From assembly GCA_035063585.1 (NCBI GenBank), contig JAPSGB010000047.1, positions 1 to 33,054 of the forward strand: a stretch of DNA of 33,054 nt, written 5' to 3'. This document shows positions 29,712-33,054 of the stretch, piece after piece. The notes under the pieces are model-generated. The model worked only from the letters and a program-made list of their open reading frames with translations, did not search any database and was not told where the DNA came from. Positions within the stretch are counted from its first letter, which is position 1, and every line of letters starts with the position of its first letter. Made by a program: the position numbers and the translations under genes. The DNA comes from Polyangiaceae bacterium (lineage in GTDB: Bacteria > Myxococcota_A > Polyangia > Polyangiales > Polyangiaceae).

Positions 29712-31571
29712 TCAGCGGGACACCTGGTCGAGGAGCCGGTTGCCGGTCGCGTCATCGACGGCGAGCTCGTAGAGCGCCGGCGGCAGGCGCGCGACGCCGT
29801 CCCGACACTGACCGCTCATGCCGCGCGTGAGCTCGAGCGAGCCTTCCCGCTCCCCGCCGTGCTCGAGACGGACCTCGATTCCCGGACGAGCGCTCTCGTG
29901 CGCGACGCCGGTGACACGCGTGATCTGCCATTGACAGCCCGGCATCACGTCCTCATGCGGCACGAGCGCGACCCTTCGCGCGGCACCGGCGCGGGCGTCG
30001 ATCCGAAAGATGAGCCGCGTCCGCGTGGCGGGCCATTCGCGGAGCGAGCCCCCCCTGACCGCGCGCTCCACCGCCTCGATGCGCGGATATGCTCGCGACG
30101 AGAGCTCGAGCCGGCCGTCGCGCGCCTCGTCGGCCGGCGCGACCTCGACCTGGACGCAGCGCTCCGCGCCGGCCTCGTCCGGGGGCGACGAGCACACGGT
30201 GAGGTGCGACCGATCCAGCCAGGAGTCGACCGGAATGATCGCCGCCGTGCCCCGGTCGAGCGCGATCGTCTCGACGCGCGGCGGGAGCTCGGCGGTCGGG
30301 ACTACGAACAGGTTGAGCGCCGGCCCCGGGCGCGCATCGCCCACCCGAGACTCGGGCTCGAAGGCCGCCAAGGCGGCGATGACCATGTCTCGTGATGGTG
30401 CCTGGAGTCGCGTAAAGGCGTCCTGGTAGTCGAAGCCGCGGCGCGCGAGCGCGCGGGAGAGGTCGCGCATGCCTGGGAGGGGCGGGGGGAGCGCCATCGC
30501 GTCTTTCGCCGCGCGGTCCTCGAGCCCACGGATCTCGTAGCTTGCGATGAGGACCAGCAAAATGAGCTCGAGCCCGAGAACGATACGGCGCGCGAGCGCA
30601 GCCCGCCGCGCACGAGCGAGCGCGACGGCGCCCGTCACCGCGAGGAACGGGAGCGCCGGGACGAAGTAGTAGGGTAGCAGATCTTCATGAAAGGCGCGTA
30701 CCAGCGCGAGCACGAGCGCAGGAAAGAGGAAGGCCGGGAGGAGCGCGAGCGCCAGTGGCGCGCGCGGGCGACCGCTCGTGAAGCGGCGCCTGAAGAGCAG
30801 CGACGCTGCGAAGAGCGCCGCAAGCCCCGCGCCGCCCGCGACGAGCAGCGAGGAGCCGAGCGCGAGCTCGAGGTTCGACTCGAACGCTCGACGCGACAGG
30901 TTCCACAGAAGGGCCACCATCCACCCCGCGCTCGCGGCGAGCGAGGCGAGCGGCCGCCGTTGGAGCAGCCCAACGGTGAGCGTGAAGGGGACCACGAGCA
31001 GCGCCGCGATTCCGTGGAGCTCGACTGAGAACGCAATGGCGACCGCGACCGCGACCGCGTCGATGACGCGCCGCTTCTCGGCCATCCGCAGGCTGAAGGC
31101 GCAGGCGAAGGCGGCAGGGAGGGGCAGGAGCGACGGGTTGTGGAGCAGCGAGAGCGGCGCGAGTCGCATGGCTGACCAGGCGAAGAGGAGCGCGACGACG
31201 CTGGCGGGTCCGGCCGAGGAGCGCCGCCGGGCCGTCAAGAACACCACGCCGGCGGCTAGGGCCGTCATGGCCCACGAGACGCGCTGTATCGCAGAGGGGC
31301 CGAGGTGCGCGCGCGCGGCGAGGGTCAAGAGCCGGATCCATGATGACGCCTGCTGGAAGCCGCCGAGGCCAGCCGGCGCGCCGTGGCTCACACAGTGACC
31401 TTGCTCGGCGCAGTCGCGCGCCATCAGGAGGTCGCGGAGCGTGTCGGCGTTGGTGACGGCGTCGGGGGTGAGCGCGGCGATCATGAAGTATGCGCCGATG
31501 CCGACCGCGAGCGGCGCCGACGCGGTCGCCGCGAGGCGCTCCGCGCGGCCGCGCCAAGTGGGAATCGCCAC
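29712..31571 (-). CDS. Polytopic membrane protein, possibly a GT-C-type glycosyltransferase, with extracytoplasmic C-terminal domain
   Basis: About 10 hydrophobic segments, acidic loop (DTLRD) after TM1, YYFVPALPFLAV; family assignment is tentative. Confidence 0.55.
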   Translation of the reverse strand: MAIPTWRGRAERLAATASAPLAVGIGAYFMIAALTPDAVTNADTLRDLLMARDCAEQGHCVSHGAPAGLGGFQQASSWIRLLTLAARAHLGPSAIQRVSWAMTALAAGVVFLTARRRSSAGPASVVALLFAWSAMRLAPLSLLHNPSLLPLPAAFACAFSLRMAEKRRVIDAVAVAVAIAFSVELHGIAALLVVPFTLTVGLLQRRPLASLAASAGWMVALLWNLSRRAFESNLELALGSSLLVAGGAGLAALFAASLLFRRRFTSGRPRAPLALALLPAFLFPALVLALVRAFHEDLLPYYFVPALPFLAVTGAVALARARRAALARRIVLGLELILLVLIASYEIRGLEDRAAKDAMALPPPLPGMRDLSRALARRGFDYQDAFTRLQAPSRDMVIAALAAFEPESRVGDARPGPALNLFVVPTAELPPRVETIALDRGTAAIIPVDSWLDRSHLTVCSSPPDEAGAERCVQVEVAPADEARDGRLELSSRAYPRIEAVERAVRGGSLREWPATRTRLIFRIDARAGAARRVALVPHEDVMPGCQWQITRVTGVAHESARPGIEVRLEHGGEREGSLELTRGMSGQCRDGVARLPPALYELAVDDATGNRLLDQVSR

Positions 31572-31632
31572 GACGCGGAGTATAGCCGTTCACGAGTGGA
31601 TGGATTGACTCCCGCGGAGCGTGTCCCGTAGC

Positions 31633-32241
31633 ATGAGCTCGAGAGTGTCTTCGCCGCGAGCGTGGCTCTGGTTCTGGTCGGTCCTCACGTGCGTGCTTGC
31701 CCAGAGCACGCGCGCAGAGGCGCAGCAGCGGGTGTTCCCACCCCAACGAGAAGCTCAGATCTTGGCCATGGTGGAGCCGTATCGGCTGGGAGTGCCGGCC
31801 GCGGACGGGCTCGAGCTCAGCGACGTTTCGATCGAGCCGAAGACGATCACGTGGAAGTTCTCCGAGGGCGGCGCCGTGGTCTTCAGCCTGAGGCTGTCCA
31901 TCGAGCGCGCCGACGCCGTCGTCGTGAGCAGCGAGCCGCCCGCGGAGCGGCTCCCTCCGCGGGCGAGAGCCTCGGCCGAGCGTCTGCTCTCGCGGCTGAG
32001 GGCCGCTGAGCCGCCGAGCGTCGAGATGAGCCGGCGGAGTCCGACGAGCCCGCGCGTCGTCGTGTGGATCGCGTCGGTTCCCGCGCCGCTCGCGTGGCTC
32101 ATTGGGGTCGCGACGCTGAGCCTGGCGGGCCTCGCTCGGGAGCGCGGCCTCGGCCCGCGGAGCACCGTTCGCTATTGGCTGCTGGCGTCGGTTGCCTCGC
32201 TCGTGTTTGCGAGCGTGCCGCTCGTGTGGAGCGCGCTGTAG
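31633..32241 (+). CDS. Hypothetical exported/membrane protein
   Basis: Signal-like N-terminus (AEA), small beta-rich domain, two C-terminal TM helices. Confidence 0.55.
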   Translation: MSSRVSSPRAWLWFWSVLTCVLAQSTRAEAQQRVFPPQREAQILAMVEPYRLGVPAADGLELSDVSIEPKTITWKFSEGGAVVFSLRLSIERADAVVVSSEPPAERLPPRARASAERLLSRLRAAEPPSVEMSRRSPTSPRVVVWIASVPAPLAWLIGVATLSLAGLARERGLGPRSTVRYWLLASVASLVFASVPLVWSAL

Positions 32242-32420
32242 CGCGCGCCGATGAGCGGCGCGCCCGGCTGGTGCCGTCGCCGGCGCGCGGCGTGGCCGCG
32301 CGAGCCGCCCCCCCGGGATTCCGCGACGCGACCACAAAAACCTCAGGCCCTCGCCAGGATCGCCCGGCGGGCGCCGTCCGCGCTGGCGAGGCTCCCAAAG
32401 ATGCCGCTAGTATGCGGCCC

Positions 32421-32843
32421 ATGTCCGGGATCGATACCTCCTCCGTTCGTGGATTGCCCCCGCCAGAGCTCGAGGCCCTGATCGAGGTGATGTATCTGGC
32501 CGCCGCCGCCGACGGTGAGTTCGCGCCGGAGGAACGAAAGCAATTCGAACACACGATCGAGACCCTGACCGACGGGCGGATCCGAGCGGCGGAGCTCGCC
32601 GGGGCGCTCGAGCGCGCCAAGGGGGCGCTCGAGGAGGCCGGACGTGACGCGCGACTCGCGGCCGTGCGGGAGCGGCTCCCGAACGCCGGCGCGCGGAAGG
32701 CTGCGCTCGCGCTGGCGATCCAGGTCACGGCCGCCGACGGCGTCATCCGAACCAGCGAGCGCGAGCTCATCATGGACACGGCCGAGGCGCTCGAGATCGA
32801 TCGGGACGAGGCGGCCGATCTGGTGCGTGAGCTGACCGGCTGA
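32421..32843 (+). CDS. TerB family (tellurite resistance-like) protein
   Basis: MYLAAAADGEFAPEERK and VTAADGVIRTSERELI..AEALEI are the paired ADG...E motifs of TerB. Start 32412 or 32421. Confidence 0.88.
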   Translation: MSGIDTSSVRGLPPPELEALIEVMYLAAAADGEFAPEERKQFEHTIETLTDGRIRAAELAGALERAKGALEEAGRDARLAAVRERLPNAGARKAALALAIQVTAADGVIRTSERELIMDTAEALEIDRDEAADLVRELTG

Positions 32844-32873
32844 ACGTGAACTACCGCGCGCGGGCGCCGTCCG

Positions 32874-32903
32874 TTGACCCGCGCCTCGCCGCCTCGTTAC
32901 ACT
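32874..32903 (+). promoter_or_regulatory. Candidate sigma70-type promoter
   Basis: TTGACC-N18-TACACT, 28 nt upstream of ATG 32932. Confidence 0.5.
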
Positions 32904-32931
32904 CGCGGCTCCTTTCCTACTGGGGTCCCTC

Positions 32932-33054
32932 ATGTCCACTACGACGACGCGCCCGCGGGCGCTCGCATGGCTCACTCTGCTGACCCTGGTGCTCGGCTGC
33001 GGAGCGCCCGAGGGTCTCGGCGGCGACGAGCCCGACGCGAGCACCGCCGAGGCC
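32932..33054 (+). CDS. 5' end (partial) of a lipoprotein
   Basis: MSTTTTRPRALAWLTLLTLVLGCGAPEG..., lipobox VLGC; runs off the window end. Confidence 0.65.
   Translation, partial: MSTTTTRPRALAWLTLLTLVLGCGAPEGLGGDEPDASTAEA

Noticed and set aside
32421..32843. TerB as part of a tellurite-resistance or defence island
   Set aside because: Solitary gene with no other ter or defence genes nearby in the window.

Overview
High-GC chromosomal window; the gene repertoire (lipoproteins with Gly-rich linkers, Ser/Thr kinase fragment, Uma2 nuclease with GKAE repeats) suggests Myxococcota, probably Polyangiaceae-like (inference). The first 2.3 kb holds a diversity-generating retroelement (DGR): the 3' end of an FGE-sulfatase/C-type-lectin-fold target gene with its variable repeat (VR 132-256), an avd-like gene, a template repeat (TR 878-1002) and a DGR-class reverse transcriptase. 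TR and VR differ at 20 of 125 positions, all of them TR adenines. Unusually, the RT lies on the opposite strand, convergent with target-avd-TR, and has a YSDD active site. No phage genes are visible. A decayed kinase fragment and a Uma2 nuclease follow. The rest is mostly housekeeping and envelope genes: an ArsR-methyltransferase (SahR/SamR-like) regulator coupled to metH with a palindromic candidate operator, an AI-2E transporter, a 5'-nucleotidase, a TolB-like/HTTM-like cluster, a GH31 lipoprotein, nadE, a four-gene outer-membrane/OmpA operon, a methyltransferase, a DUF922 protein, a GT-C-like membrane protein and TerB. A small palindromic repeat occurs twice (4669-4786, 11541-11610). All calls are from reading the sequence by eye; no database searches were run.
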